Positions 10,917 to 21,689 of a stretch of 64,000 nucleotides of DNA are shown piece by piece; the stretch's first letter is position 1, and the number at the start of each line of letters is the position of its first letter. The notes under the pieces are model-generated. The model saw only the letters and a program-made list of their open reading frames with translations, did not search any database and had not been told where the DNA came from. The stretch spans positions 3,539 through 67,538 of the forward strand of contig JAGVYF010000001.1 in assembly GCA_018303425.1 (NCBI GenBank). Reading direction: 5' to 3'. Position numbers and translations under genes: made by a program. The stretch comes from Candidatus Woesearchaeota archaeon. Lineage in GTDB: Archaea; Nanobdellota; Nanobdellia; Woesearchaeales; JAGVYF01.

Positions 10917-12032
10917 ATGTACCAAAATCAATTTTCAATGTTTGAAAGAATAGGACATACCATACTTGGAAATCTACCTTTTAGAAACATAATAATTGAG
11001 AATCTGAACAAATTTAGAATTAAACAAATTAAAAAATTAAAAACTCCAATTAATGTTGTATTTTATGTTACAGATGGCTGTAATTTAAGATGCAAGCATT
11101 GTTTTTACTGGAAAAATTTGAAAAATAAAAATGATGAACTTAAAATAGATAAAATTAAAAAAATTGCTAAAAGCTTCAAACACCCATTACATATGTTATC
11201 TTTAACAGGCGGAGAACCTTTTATGAGGCAAGATATTGTTGAAATTTGTAATCTTTTTTACAAATATAATAATACAAAAAGAATTAACATTGCAACAAAC
11301 GGAATACTTACAGGAAAAATAGTTGAAGCTACAAAAATAATATTAAGAAATAATCCCACTAAACGTTTTACGATATTTATATCTTTAGATGGTTTACAAA
11401 GTACTCATGATTCGATTAGAAATTATAACGGCTCATTCGAGAAAGCAATTAAAACTATTAAAGAACTTAAAAAGATTAAAAATAAAAATTTATCTATTTT
11501 TGTTGCAACTACTATTACAGAACAAAATTTTGAAGAATTACCCGAATTAATTCAATTTGTTAAAGCATTAAAAGTTATCCACAAGTTTAATTTATTGAGA
11601 AACAATTCTACTGTGCACAATATTGACCCATCATTACTTCATGATTTTGACCCACAACACGCCAAACTTCCAAAAAATAAAGATCTTGAGAAAGTTTTTC
11701 AAATAATAAAAAATAACGGAAAAAGTATTTCAAACAAAGTTGAAACTTTAAAAATTAAATATTCTATAGATCTACTTAAAAATTTTCACAAAATAAAATG
11801 TTTAGCTACTTTTACAGACATGGTCCTTTTTCCAAAAGGAGATATCTCTGTTTGTGAACCTACTAACTCTTTTGGGAATTTAAAAGATTGGGATTACAAC
11901 GTTTACAAAGCATGGGATTCTAAACATGCTAATAAGAGAAAGTCCAAACTTAAATCATGCTCATGTATTCAATCATGTAACTTGCTTAACTCCATGAAGT
12001 ATGACACAAAAACTCTTAAAAAAATTCTCTAA
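10917..12032 (+). CDS. radical SAM protein with C-terminal Cys-rich (SPASM/twitch-like) extension
   Basis: VTDGCNLRCKHCFY. C-terminal cysteines ...KCLATF...SVCEP...CSCIQSC. Confidence 0.65.
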   Translation: MYQNQFSMFERIGHTILGNLPFRNIIIENLNKFRIKQIKKLKTPINVVFYVTDGCNLRCKHCFYWKNLKNKNDELKIDKIKKIAKSFKHPLHMLSLTGGEPFMRQDIVEICNLFYKYNNTKRINIATNGILTGKIVEATKIILRNNPTKRFTIFISLDGLQSTHDSIRNYNGSFEKAIKTIKELKKIKNKNLSIFVATTITEQNFEELPELIQFVKALKVIHKFNLLRNNSTVHNIDPSLLHDFDPQHAKLPKNKDLEKVFQIIKNNGKSISNKVETLKIKYSIDLLKNFHKIKCLATFTDMVLFPKGDISVCEPTNSFGNLKDWDYNVYKAWDSKHANKRKSKLKSCSCIQSCNLLNSMKYDTKTLKKIL

Positions 12033-13176
12033 CACATAGATTCACTATCTTATCGGCAAGTAAATTATCATCAAACTTTTTTGAATCAACAAAACCATTC
12101 TGTTTAATTTTCTCCCGCAAATCTGAATCTTTGTATAAAGTATAAATTTTATCAGCTAAACTTTGAGAATCACCTACTTCATAATACAAGCAATTAAATT
12201 TATCCTCAGTAACTTCACGCATTGAACTTAAATTTGGTGCGATAATTGGCAGGTTACATGCCCAATACTCAAATGTTCTTAAAGTAATCCTAATCCATCC
12301 TGAGAGGCGATTTGGGAGTATAACGAGGCCTACATCAGCATTTGAGATATATTTTCTAACTTCATCCTGAGACACCCACCCAGTATATTTAAAATATTGA
12401 TCCAAATTATTTTCTTGAGCCTTTCTTTTTAGGCTAGGTAAAATTTTCCCATCACCTACAATCCAGAATTCAAAATTAGGGATAGAATTTTTCAGTTTTT
12501 CAATACATGGTATAATTATTTCCAAACCATCTTGAGGATCCATACCTCCTTGTAAAACAGCTACAAATTTATCATCATTCCTGTTTTTATCAGGATAGAA
12601 GGTTTTAAGATTAACACCATCATAAACAATATCAATTTCCCTATTGTAACGCTTTTCCAAATAATTCTTTATAAATAGCGTATTTGAAATAACTTTATCG
12701 GCTTTTTTTATTGTCCATGCTTCAAATTTGCCTACCAAAGCAAAAAATAATTTTTTCAATCTACCTTGTACGCTATCCTTACCAAACTCAGCAATAAAAT
12801 CAGTAGGATCAAACACTACAGGTGTTCCAGTTAGCTTACCTGCAACTATTGAGGGAAAACCACAAACTGCATTATGAACAAAAATCAAATCAGTTTTATA
12901 TTTTTTAATCAACTTTAATATCTTAAGAAACAATATTGGATTGTAAAATGCATATTTAATAATTTTTTTAAAATCATGACGACTAATATTGTACATTGAA
13001 ATAAATTTAATTCCAGTTTTATCAAATGCTTCTTTTTCACTTATCCCTAAAGGACAAAATACTATAGGGTTATAACCTAATCTTTTAAATGCTCTTGCAA
13101 CAGCATAAAGTCTAGGTGCACCCCCCCCCTTATTTGGCAGGACCATGTCGTTAATAACTAAAAGTATATTTTTCAT
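12016..13176 (-). CDS. glycosyltransferase family 4
   Basis: MKNILLVINDMVLPNKGGGAPRL N-terminus. GT-B architecture. 386 aa. Confidence 0.65.
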   Translation of the reverse strand: MKNILLVINDMVLPNKGGGAPRLYAVARAFKRLGYNPIVFCPLGISEKEAFDKTGIKFISMYNISRHDFKKIIKYAFYNPILFLKILKLIKKYKTDLIFVHNAVCGFPSIVAGKLTGTPVVFDPTDFIAEFGKDSVQGRLKKLFFALVGKFEAWTIKKADKVISNTLFIKNYLEKRYNREIDIVYDGVNLKTFYPDKNRNDDKFVAVLQGGMDPQDGLEIIIPCIEKLKNSIPNFEFWIVGDGKILPSLKRKAQENNLDQYFKYTGWVSQDEVRKYISNADVGLVILPNRLSGWIRITLRTFEYWACNLPIIAPNLSSMREVTEDKFNCLYYEVGDSQSLADKIYTLYKDSDLREKIKQNGFVDSKKFDDNLLADKIVNLCVREFF

Positions 13177-13232
13177 TAACCAACATAATACTATACTAAT
13201 TTTAAAGATTTATATTCTAAATCACAATCAAA

Positions 13233-14648
13233 TTAACTTTCGTGTTCATAAATTACAAGATTATTTTCGCTATATATTTTAGTCAGATTTTTTTGAGTAA
13301 TAAAATCTAAAAATCTAGCTTCAATACCTTTTATTTCATTAATGCTAAACTCTTTTTTTAAATTAGAAATAAGCTCTTCATTATGATAATAAACTACATA
13401 ATATTCTTCATTGATATTTAATTCATTAAACATTTTATAACTTACTACACTATAATTTTCACCAAAATAATTGTTTAAATATTGAGAATCTCCAAAAATA
13501 ATAATTAAACTTTTATCGGGTATGACCTCATAAATAATTTTCATAATTTCAAATTTGGAATTTGTATATTCTGACTGTTTGTACATAATGAATGGAGCAG
13601 ATATAATTAATAAGATTAACATAAATGGCACAATTCGTTTAAAATATTTGTTTAAAAACAATGAATACGGAATCAACATTAATGGTATAATCGGGAAAAA
13701 ATACCTATGTCCAATTATAAAATTAACTAACCAATTATATCTAATTATGTCTGATTTTCCAAGAACCAATATAAATAATAGGATTGATAAAACAATTTCA
13801 TTTTTTCGTTTATACTTGATAAAAAATGGAACATATAACATTAATGGGTAAATCAATGACATTACAAGAATAGGTTTCCAATAAATCAGTAATTGTGATA
13901 AAGAAAAATATAAAAAGGTTTCAGATATATTTGAATTTAAACTTTGCCTGGCTGTAAAAAAAGACCCATATGACAGGTAATTAAAAAAGATTATTAAGAT
14001 AAATGAAGGAAATACTCCCGAAAAATACTGAAATATTTTTTTAAATTTTTCACTGCTAAAGGAAGATTTTATCCACTTTAGAATTAGGAGAATGCCCACA
14101 CTAACAACAATTAAAGCATTTGTGGTCCTAATTAAACAGCTAATTCCTAAAAAAAAGCCACTCCAAAAATATTTAATTTTATCCTTTTTTAACAACATAT
14201 AGAATCCCAATAATGTAAAAGTAATAGTTGGTATTTCGCTCATAATGGTCCTTGAATAAAATAAAAGCCCCGGATAAAAAAGATAAAACAAAGAATAGAT
14301 TTTAGGAATATTATATTCGTTAAATATTTTAATTAATATATAAAGATTTAATAGGTGAAACAATAAACCGGCTAAAAAAATAAATTGCCATCCTATTGAT
14401 GCAAAAGGTACCAGTATTGCCGAATTTCCTAAAGGAAATCCCGGGACATAAGCTTGTCTCAAATTAGAATATGCTTGATCATAACTCTGATAAAGATTAT
14501 CAATTATTATTTTACCCCCTGATAAGTGATATGCAGTCATTAAATAAGAGCCTTCATCGGCAATTGAAAAAAAATTTGGATACATGACTACAAATGAAAT
14601 TAAATATAGAAATATACCTATCCAAAATAAGTTATTATTATTTAACAT
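13233..14648 (-). CDS. GT-C fold polytopic membrane glycosyltransferase (family 39/83-like)
   Basis: About 11 TM segments. First loop ...SIADEGSYLMTAYHL (DE motif). C-terminal soluble domain. Confidence 0.5.
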   Translation of the reverse strand: MLNNNNLFWIGIFLYLISFVVMYPNFFSIADEGSYLMTAYHLSGGKIIIDNLYQSYDQAYSNLRQAYVPGFPLGNSAILVPFASIGWQFIFLAGLLFHLLNLYILIKIFNEYNIPKIYSLFYLFYPGLLFYSRTIMSEIPTITFTLLGFYMLLKKDKIKYFWSGFFLGISCLIRTTNALIVVSVGILLILKWIKSSFSSEKFKKIFQYFSGVFPSFILIIFFNYLSYGSFFTARQSLNSNISETFLYFSLSQLLIYWKPILVMSLIYPLMLYVPFFIKYKRKNEIVLSILLFILVLGKSDIIRYNWLVNFIIGHRYFFPIIPLMLIPYSLFLNKYFKRIVPFMLILLIISAPFIMYKQSEYTNSKFEIMKIIYEVIPDKSLIIIFGDSQYLNNYFGENYSVVSYKMFNELNINEEYYVVYYHNEELISNLKKEFSINEIKGIEARFLDFITQKNLTKIYSENNLVIYEHES

Positions 14649-14772
14649 ATAACTCTGAAAAAACTATGTATGTTTAAATATAATATGGGATATATAACGT
14701 ATATTTCAAGGTATACATATATTTAAAAGTAAAATAATTTAAGAACAAATATTTAAAATATAGGGTGAAATT

Positions 14773-15885
14773 ATGACATTTATACCAGTTGCAAGTGCAT
14801 ATATTACAGAAGAAGATGCTAAAGCAGTTTATGATGTTGTTAAATCAACATGGTTAAGCCAAGGTAAAAAAGTTTTAGAATTTGAAGAACAATTTAAAAA
14901 ATATGTTAATGCAAAACATGCAATAGCAGTAAATAATGGCACATCTGCAATACACTTGATTCTTGCAGGATTAGGCATAAAGCAAGGAGATGAAGTAATT
15001 TTGCCTTCTATGACGTTTATCTCAACTGCTAATGCGGTTTTATATCAAAATGCAACACCAATTCTTGCAGAATGCGATCCTAAAACATATAATATTACGC
15101 CCCAAGAAATAGAACGAAGAATAACTGATAAAACTAAAGCAGTAATTGCTGTAGACATGAATGGCATGCCTGTTGATTATGATGAAATTCAAAAAGTTTG
15201 TGACAAACATTCAGTATATTTTATTGCGGACAGTGCTGAAAGTTTAGGCGCAACTTATAAATATCGTAAAATTGGAGAAATAGCGCCAGTACATATGTTT
15301 AGTTTTTTCCCTAATAAAAATGTTACAACTGGTGAAGGGGGCATGATTACTACCGATGACGATGTCTTAGCTGAAAAAATTAGAATGCTGCGTAATCAAG
15401 GACAAAATGGGAGATATAATCATGTTATGTTAGGTTACAATTACCGAATGACTGAAATGCAGGCTGCGCTAGGAATAGTCCAATTAAAAAGATTAGATTG
15501 GATTATCGCCGAAAAAAATAAAATTACAAATGTCTATAATTTAAGATTTAAAAATAATCCGCACATCAATCCCCCATTTATCCCGAATTATGTAACACAA
15601 CATTCATGGTACATGTATGCAATTTCTATAAATGGCACACTTGAAGAAAGAGACAATCTTGTTAAAAAATTGAATGAAGCAGGTATAGGAACAAGATTAA
15701 GCTTCCCGCCAATACATTCTCAACCATTATTTTGTGAACGGTTCGGTTATAACGTTAATTCATTGCCTGTAACGCAGGCAGCATGGACAAAATTAATTGA
15801 TATACCAGTGTGGGTTGGAATGAAAGACGAAGATCAAGAAAAAATAATAACTACGCTTGAAAAATTCTGTTCAGTTAAGTTTTAA
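14773..15885 (+). CDS. DegT/DnrJ/EryC1/StrS-family PLP-dependent sugar aminotransferase
   Basis: ITEEDAKAVYDVVKSTWLSQGKKVLEFEE...NNGTSAIHL. Lys-containing FFPNKNVTTGEGG. 370 aa. Confidence 0.8.
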   Translation: MTFIPVASAYITEEDAKAVYDVVKSTWLSQGKKVLEFEEQFKKYVNAKHAIAVNNGTSAIHLILAGLGIKQGDEVILPSMTFISTANAVLYQNATPILAECDPKTYNITPQEIERRITDKTKAVIAVDMNGMPVDYDEIQKVCDKHSVYFIADSAESLGATYKYRKIGEIAPVHMFSFFPNKNVTTGEGGMITTDDDVLAEKIRMLRNQGQNGRYNHVMLGYNYRMTEMQAALGIVQLKRLDWIIAEKNKITNVYNLRFKNNPHINPPFIPNYVTQHSWYMYAISINGTLEERDNLVKKLNEAGIGTRLSFPPIHSQPLFCERFGYNVNSLPVTQAAWTKLIDIPVWVGMKDEDQEKIITTLEKFCSVKF

Positions 15886-17552
15886 ACCCAAGCAGGAGAA
15901 TCTGATACATAATTTGGTGCACCCACATAATCTGTTAATTTATTAAATGTCCTAGTGTAAAAAGCATCATATTTTGAGATGTCCACATTTTTAAAATTTC
16001 TTGATGTTTTGGTTACATTTTTAGAAAAGACTAAAAAAGTTTTATTATTTTGATATAAAAGTTTATAAGACAAAATAAAACTATTTTTCTCTGCTTTCTG
16101 AATATAATCATTATCATATGGACCAAGGATAATGTAATCAACTTCATTTAAATGTTTTTCAAAAAAATTATTCATGTTTGCGGGTTCAAATACGTTATAA
16201 ATTTGGCGATGTAAATAATATTTTCCATTTATCGGCCCAATACGCGTGGACTCATATTTGGACATGATTTTAGCTTCAGGGGCAGTGTTAGTCCTTACCC
16301 AAAATCCTACTGCTTTAATGCCGCAATCATAAAGATATGCCCCATTTGTAATAAAATTAGTATCATATTCAGGTATTCCATAAATTTTAGGAAATAAATG
16401 TAGAATAGTAACAATAAATAAAATAACTAGAATTATATTTTTAAAATAAGGTTTAAATTTAAGTTTAAAAAGCATTATAAAACTAAACATTATTAAGAAT
16501 ACAATTGAAGTAAAAATATAGACTTTAACATTAACAGTCGACGGGTCTAGAAAAAATGCAAAGGGTAATGAATAAATTAATCCCGCAAAAAGTAAAATTG
16601 ACTCTTTTTTCAATGTAAATAAATGTTTAATTCCGATAGTTACCATTAATAATATAAAAATAAAAAGCACCGGGTTGATAACTCCTAAAAAAGAGTCTGC
16701 CAAACTTAGCAGATGGAAATCAAAATATTTTGGTTTTGCAAATATATGCCCAATCATACCTATATTCGCGCCAACGTCAGAAGTACTGATAAATTTACCC
16801 ATAAAATAAATTAATATTTGAAATATTCCTGCAGTAATTGGCAATAATAACGTTTGCCAATTTAAGATTTTTTTAAGTAGGGCGGTGAATTTTTGGAATG
16901 AATTAAACATATCGTTATTAGACGCTAAAATAGTAAATGCCATTACAAGTATAAATTGCGGGAAAAAATTATCCGTTAATATGAATATTGCAGACAATAC
17001 TGAATTTCTAAATGCATATTTGGTGTTATTAGTTTGAAAATATTTAATACAATAATAAATTGCCCCTAATTGAATAGGTAATGAAAACATCATAATATTT
17101 GCTAGACTTCTAGACCATGCTACATGAATCGGTAAAATAGCAAAAAATGCAGTTATCATTAAAGATTCCTTTTTTTTCAAAAAAAGCAATAAAAAGCGGT
17201 ATATTACAATAAGAGATAATAACCCAATTAAAATAACCGGCAACCTCCATGAAAGTTCAGTAATTGGAATACCGATAATTGTATAAATTCCTAAAATAAA
17301 TATCCAGAAAATGGGATATATTATGCTATACAAAAGCGCAAATACTCTCAATGGATTTCCCATTCCATAATTATCAAATTTAAATAAAGAATTTAAACCT
17401 TCAATTGGGAAAGAATCAATTGAAAATTGTTGAAACATTGCTTTATCATTACCGCAAAATGGATTCTCTGCGCCAATAAATCTGATAATAAAAGCTATTA
17501 TTAATATAATTATTAGAAGAATTGAATACTTATTTAATTTATTAGCATGCAT
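15882..17552 (-). CDS. polytopic membrane protein, putative GT-C-like glycosyltransferase
   Basis: At least 12 hydrophobic helices then an about 150-aa C-terminal soluble domain. No DE or WWDYG motif seen, so family assignment is tentative. Confidence 0.4.
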   Translation of the reverse strand: MHANKLNKYSILLIIILIIAFIIRFIGAENPFCGNDKAMFQQFSIDSFPIEGLNSLFKFDNYGMGNPLRVFALLYSIIYPIFWIFILGIYTIIGIPITELSWRLPVILIGLLSLIVIYRFLLLFLKKKESLMITAFFAILPIHVAWSRSLANIMMFSLPIQLGAIYYCIKYFQTNNTKYAFRNSVLSAIFILTDNFFPQFILVMAFTILASNNDMFNSFQKFTALLKKILNWQTLLLPITAGIFQILIYFMGKFISTSDVGANIGMIGHIFAKPKYFDFHLLSLADSFLGVINPVLFIFILLMVTIGIKHLFTLKKESILLFAGLIYSLPFAFFLDPSTVNVKVYIFTSIVFLIMFSFIMLFKLKFKPYFKNIILVILFIVTILHLFPKIYGIPEYDTNFITNGAYLYDCGIKAVGFWVRTNTAPEAKIMSKYESTRIGPINGKYYLHRQIYNVFEPANMNNFFEKHLNEVDYIILGPYDNDYIQKAEKNSFILSYKLLYQNNKTFLVFSKNVTKTSRNFKNVDISKYDAFYTRTFNKLTDYVGAPNYVSDSPAWV

Positions 17553-17575
17553 AAATGAAACAGGAAAAACTTCCC

Positions 17576-18271
17576 TTATAATGATTTCGCTTGTTTACAT
17601 ACTATATACTGAGTCATCCCTAAATTTCTTAATATTGGAATTTTATAAAAAAAAGAATTAAAAAAGTTTGAAAATAAGGGTATTTTAACCGGTAATAAAA
17701 ATCTATATCCTGAAGTTAATACATGGAAATTATTTTTATATAAAACATATTTCAATTTTTTAATGGAAGTTAAATTATGGGGCCCTTCTGAATCTTTTAA
17801 ACCTAATAACTCAAAAATCTTAAATGGGGTTTCCCAAAATGGGTTAGAAAAACTCATAATAATGATTGTGTTTTGATTAGATAAACGAGCTAATGAATGT
17901 ATAGCTGAATGAATGTCTGCTAAATGTTCAATTACATCAATCAACACAATATAATCAAAATCTAATTTTGAATTAAATTTTAATAAATCGCCAACATAGA
18001 ATTTTAAATTGTTTCCGTCATAATTAAGATTTGCGATTTCAATCATTTTTTTACTGATATCTAAACCAATACCTCTTTTTACCAATAACGAATTTAAAAA
18101 TTCCCCTGTTCCACAACCTATTTCAAGAACATTTTTTTCAGAAACATTATTCATGAAAGATTTTATTAATTTATGAATTCCCGAAAGATAATAGTTTTTT
18201 ATCCTTTTCTTTCCATAATTCCGGGCCAATATATCGAAATGATAACTAATTGCTTCATTTGTAAAATTCAT
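17576..18271 (-). CDS. class I SAM-dependent methyltransferase
   Basis: Motif I VLEIGCGTGEF. 231 aa. Confidence 0.7.
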   Translation of the reverse strand: MNFTNEAISYHFDILARNYGKKRIKNYYLSGIHKLIKSFMNNVSEKNVLEIGCGTGEFLNSLLVKRGIGLDISKKMIEIANLNYDGNNLKFYVGDLLKFNSKLDFDYIVLIDVIEHLADIHSAIHSLARLSNQNTIIIMSFSNPFWETPFKIFELLGLKDSEGPHNLTSIKKLKYVLYKNNFHVLTSGYRFLLPVKIPLFSNFFNSFFYKIPILRNLGMTQYIVCKQAKSL

Positions 18272-18324
18272 TAGGGTTCTAAATTACGAAAATCTTTATA
18301 TAGCTTTCCATTTAAAACAATAAT

Positions 18325-19752
18325 ATGGCTGAAGAAAGATGTGATGCAGTATTAGTCATCCCCAATCCATATACTGCTGAAGGGATTAATGATACAACAC
18401 ATGAACAACTTTTGGGTATACTTTACATAGGCACATTACTTCAGAAAAATGGATTTAAATGCAAGATTATTGATGCAAAAGTATTAGGTTTATCCAATTC
18501 TGAGATTATTCAACAAATATATGATTTCAAACCTAAACTTATTGGAATAACTTTAGTATCTGTTTCTTATAAAGCAACCAAAGATTTATGTGAAAAAATT
18601 AGAAATTTAGAATTTAGTCCCCGTGTGATTTTAGGGGGACCGCATCCAACTTCATTACCAAAAGAGACATTGGCTGAATTTAACGTTGATGCAGTTGTAA
18701 TCGGCGAAGGTGAACAAACATTTTTAGAAATTGTTAATAACTTGAAAAACAATTTACCTTTATTTCAAAATGTTGCTGGTGTTGCATACAAAGAAAACGG
18801 AGAATTGAAATTTAATTCATCAAGACCCATCAACGCAAACATTGATGAATTACCATTTCCGGACCATAGCATGCTGCCTGATCCTTATTTATATAAACGC
18901 AGAACTAACCAATCTCCTGCAGTTCCAATTTTAACTAGCAGAGGCTGTCCATATTTATGCACATTTTGCAGCCGAGACGTATACAAAAATAAAGTTTTAT
19001 TCAGGACTCCCAAGAATGTAGTTAATGAGATAGATTATTTAGTTGAAACTTTTAAATTTAAACAGATTGATATAATAGATGACAATTTTCTTGTTAATAA
19101 AAATCGTGCAAAAGAAATTTTACAAATGATAATTGAACGTCCTTATAAAATCGCGATAAATCTCCAAAGCGGCGTAAGAGTTGATGCAATTGATGAAGAG
19201 TTACTCATATTTATGAAAAAAGCAGGGGTTTATCGTGTTGCATTAGGGGTAGAATCCGGAGATGAAAGAGTGTTGAAAAATTCTAAAAAAGGCATTAAAT
19301 TAGATGAAGTGAGAAAAGCTGTTAAACTTGTTAAACAGGCAAAGTTAAGAGCAGATTGTTTTTTCATGATAGGTTTACCCGGTGACAATGCCGAAAGCAT
19401 GCAAAGAACAATTGATTTTGCAAAAGAGCTCAAACCAAATACGGCTAATTTTTCAATGACAATACCATTTCCAGGCACTGAACTTTATAGAGAAGCAAAG
19501 GAACATGGACAACTTTTTATTGACACAAGATATGGTCTTGATTCAGGTTATAACGCTGCAAATGTTGCGTATTTGTTAGAAGGAATGGACAAGCAAGAAA
19601 TTTTAAAATATTATAAGAAAGCATACAGAGATTTTTATTTACGGCCTATACAAATATTTAGGATGCTATTGGATGTTAAATCAATAGAAGAATTCAAATG
19701 GTTGATTAAAACTGGCACTTCGGTATTTAAAAGCATATTATTAAAAAACTAA
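18325..19752 (+). CDS. B12-binding radical SAM enzyme
   Basis: N-terminal B12-binding-like region. SRGCPYLCTFCS. 475 aa. Confidence 0.8.
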   Translation: MAEERCDAVLVIPNPYTAEGINDTTHEQLLGILYIGTLLQKNGFKCKIIDAKVLGLSNSEIIQQIYDFKPKLIGITLVSVSYKATKDLCEKIRNLEFSPRVILGGPHPTSLPKETLAEFNVDAVVIGEGEQTFLEIVNNLKNNLPLFQNVAGVAYKENGELKFNSSRPINANIDELPFPDHSMLPDPYLYKRRTNQSPAVPILTSRGCPYLCTFCSRDVYKNKVLFRTPKNVVNEIDYLVETFKFKQIDIIDDNFLVNKNRAKEILQMIIERPYKIAINLQSGVRVDAIDEELLIFMKKAGVYRVALGVESGDERVLKNSKKGIKLDEVRKAVKLVKQAKLRADCFFMIGLPGDNAESMQRTIDFAKELKPNTANFSMTIPFPGTELYREAKEHGQLFIDTRYGLDSGYNAANVAYLLEGMDKQEILKYYKKAYRDFYLRPIQIFRMLLDVKSIEEFKWLIKTGTSVFKSILLKN

Positions 19753-19785
19753 ACTTTTATAAATTCGATTTTAATTATAATCACA

Positions 19786-20598
19786 ATGACATTCTTTGAA
19801 AAAATTGAAAAAAATCCTGTACACATTGCACCGGAAGATATTAAGGTAAGTGTGGTAATTCCAACTTTAAATGAAGGGGGTTGTGTTGGAGGGATAATCC
19901 AAAGAGTGCAAAAACTTATGCCTGGATTTGTAAATGAGATTATAGTAGTTGATGGCGGGTCTATTGATAATACTGAAAACGTAGTAAGAGAGCTTGGAGT
20001 TAAATTTCTTAGACAACCCGGAAAAGGTTTAGGAGATGCATATAGACATGGGGCAAACAATATTGATGGAAATGTTATGGTTATACTAGATGCAGACGGT
20101 TCACACGTTCCAGAACATATACCCCGGCTAACTGAAAAAATTAAGGAGGGTTATGATTTGGTTATAGCATCAAGATTGAAAGGAGGTTTGAGAAGTGAAG
20201 ACATGAAGCGGTTCAGTTTCCGCACATTTGCAAATTATTTAGTCGGATTTTCATGCAGACATATCTTTGGCACACCTGTTTCAGACCCTTGGATGGGATT
20301 CAGAGCCATTAAAAAAGAAGTTTTCCAAAGTTTGGGCACGACGTCATTAGGGCAAGAAGTTGACATAGAAATGCTTATTAGGACTGTTAAAAGAGGACAC
20401 AAAGTTACTGATATTGAAACTTATGAACCAAAAAGAATCTATGGCGAAAGCAAATTTAATGTAATTTTTGAAGGAACCAGACTAAGTATTTTGTTTACAA
20501 GAGAATTTCTTCATTTGAGTGTAGTGGACAAAGCTTCATGGTTACTTAGCAATTTATACAATCTGCAGGACAAAGTATTTAACCTTCATAAAAAATAA
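19786..20598 (+). CDS. glycosyltransferase family 2 (polyprenyl-phosphate sugar synthase-like, soluble)
   Basis: VSVVIPTLNEGG...VVDGGSIDNT...ILDADGSH. Confidence 0.7.
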   Translation: MTFFEKIEKNPVHIAPEDIKVSVVIPTLNEGGCVGGIIQRVQKLMPGFVNEIIVVDGGSIDNTENVVRELGVKFLRQPGKGLGDAYRHGANNIDGNVMVILDADGSHVPEHIPRLTEKIKEGYDLVIASRLKGGLRSEDMKRFSFRTFANYLVGFSCRHIFGTPVSDPWMGFRAIKKEVFQSLGTTSLGQEVDIEMLIRTVKRGHKVTDIETYEPKRIYGESKFNVIFEGTRLSILFTREFLHLSVVDKASWLLSNLYNLQDKVFNLHKK

Positions 20599-20599
20599 T

Positions 20600-21685
20600 T
20601 TAATAATTTTTTCTAAATGAGAATTTAATTAAATTTGTAATTGGAAAAATGAATCTCGGTTCCATAACACATAATTGCATTGCTTTTTTGCATTCCCTAC
20701 ATTTTTTTAATCTTTTCTGTTCACATTTATATGATTTAGACTTTAATACTGATTTAATATTATTATTGCCAATAACCGAATAATTTTGCCAATTTGAACC
20801 ATATAAGCACGGAGAAACCTTCCCGTTCTCAAAAAACTCGCAGAAGAAATACTGTAATTCACAATCTTGCATGAAAATTCCCTCTTTATTTTTACCTAAA
20901 AAATAATCCGGCACGGCTTTGAGATATTTAGGATTATTTAATATTGTTTTTTTCGTTAAGATAAACTTAATAAATTTCTTAACTTCAATAATATTTTGAT
21001 TAATTTCTTTGTTTATTTCACTCTTTGTCTCTTGGCCTTTGAATTCAGGATGCGCGCATATTGCCTGAAATTTCTGTTCGACATCCAATTCATCAGCAAG
21101 CTTAACCAGTTGATATAATTCATTAGTGTTTGTCGGAGTTATAATTGAATTAATAGAAACTCTAACATTGGGGGCATATTTCTTCAAAAGCTTAACCGCT
21201 TCAATTGCCCTGTCATAAGAACCTTTCACACCCGTAGTTTTATCATAGGTTTCTTTTATCCCATTAACACTTATGGATATGGCATCAATTCCAGTTTTTG
21301 ATAATTGCACTGCTTTTTCTTTTGTCATCAAAAAACCATTACTAACCATATGAACAAATGGAATTTTTTTTTTACAATAAGATATTCTTTCCATTATATC
21401 CTGCATTAACAAAGGTTCGCCTCCAGTAAAATTAATATAACATGTACCCATCTTACTTAAATCAGAAATTATTTGTTTAAATTTAGTTAGGGAAATTTCA
21501 TTATTTTTTAGGGGATTCCTCCAAAAATTGCACCATTCGCACCTAAAATTACATCTATGGGTAACATAAAACTGCGCAATCATCGGAAAAGATTTTCCAA
21601 ATAAATAATAATTGATATGCCACTTAAATGCATTATAAAATAATGGAAATATATTAGTCAATTTAAAATTAATTGAAGATGCCAT
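20600..21685 (-). CDS. radical SAM / SPASM-domain protein
   Basis: VTHRCNFRCEWCNFW. C-terminal 7-Cys pattern DC..FC..PC....KC..KKCRECKK..LC. Confidence 0.7.
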   Translation of the reverse strand: MASSINFKLTNIFPLFYNAFKWHINYYLFGKSFPMIAQFYVTHRCNFRCEWCNFWRNPLKNNEISLTKFKQIISDLSKMGTCYINFTGGEPLLMQDIMERISYCKKKIPFVHMVSNGFLMTKEKAVQLSKTGIDAISISVNGIKETYDKTTGVKGSYDRAIEAVKLLKKYAPNVRVSINSIITPTNTNELYQLVKLADELDVEQKFQAICAHPEFKGQETKSEINKEINQNIIEVKKFIKFILTKKTILNNPKYLKAVPDYFLGKNKEGIFMQDCELQYFFCEFFENGKVSPCLYGSNWQNYSVIGNNNIKSVLKSKSYKCEQKRLKKCRECKKAMQLCVMEPRFIFPITNLIKFSFRKNY

Positions 21686-21689
21686 TTTA

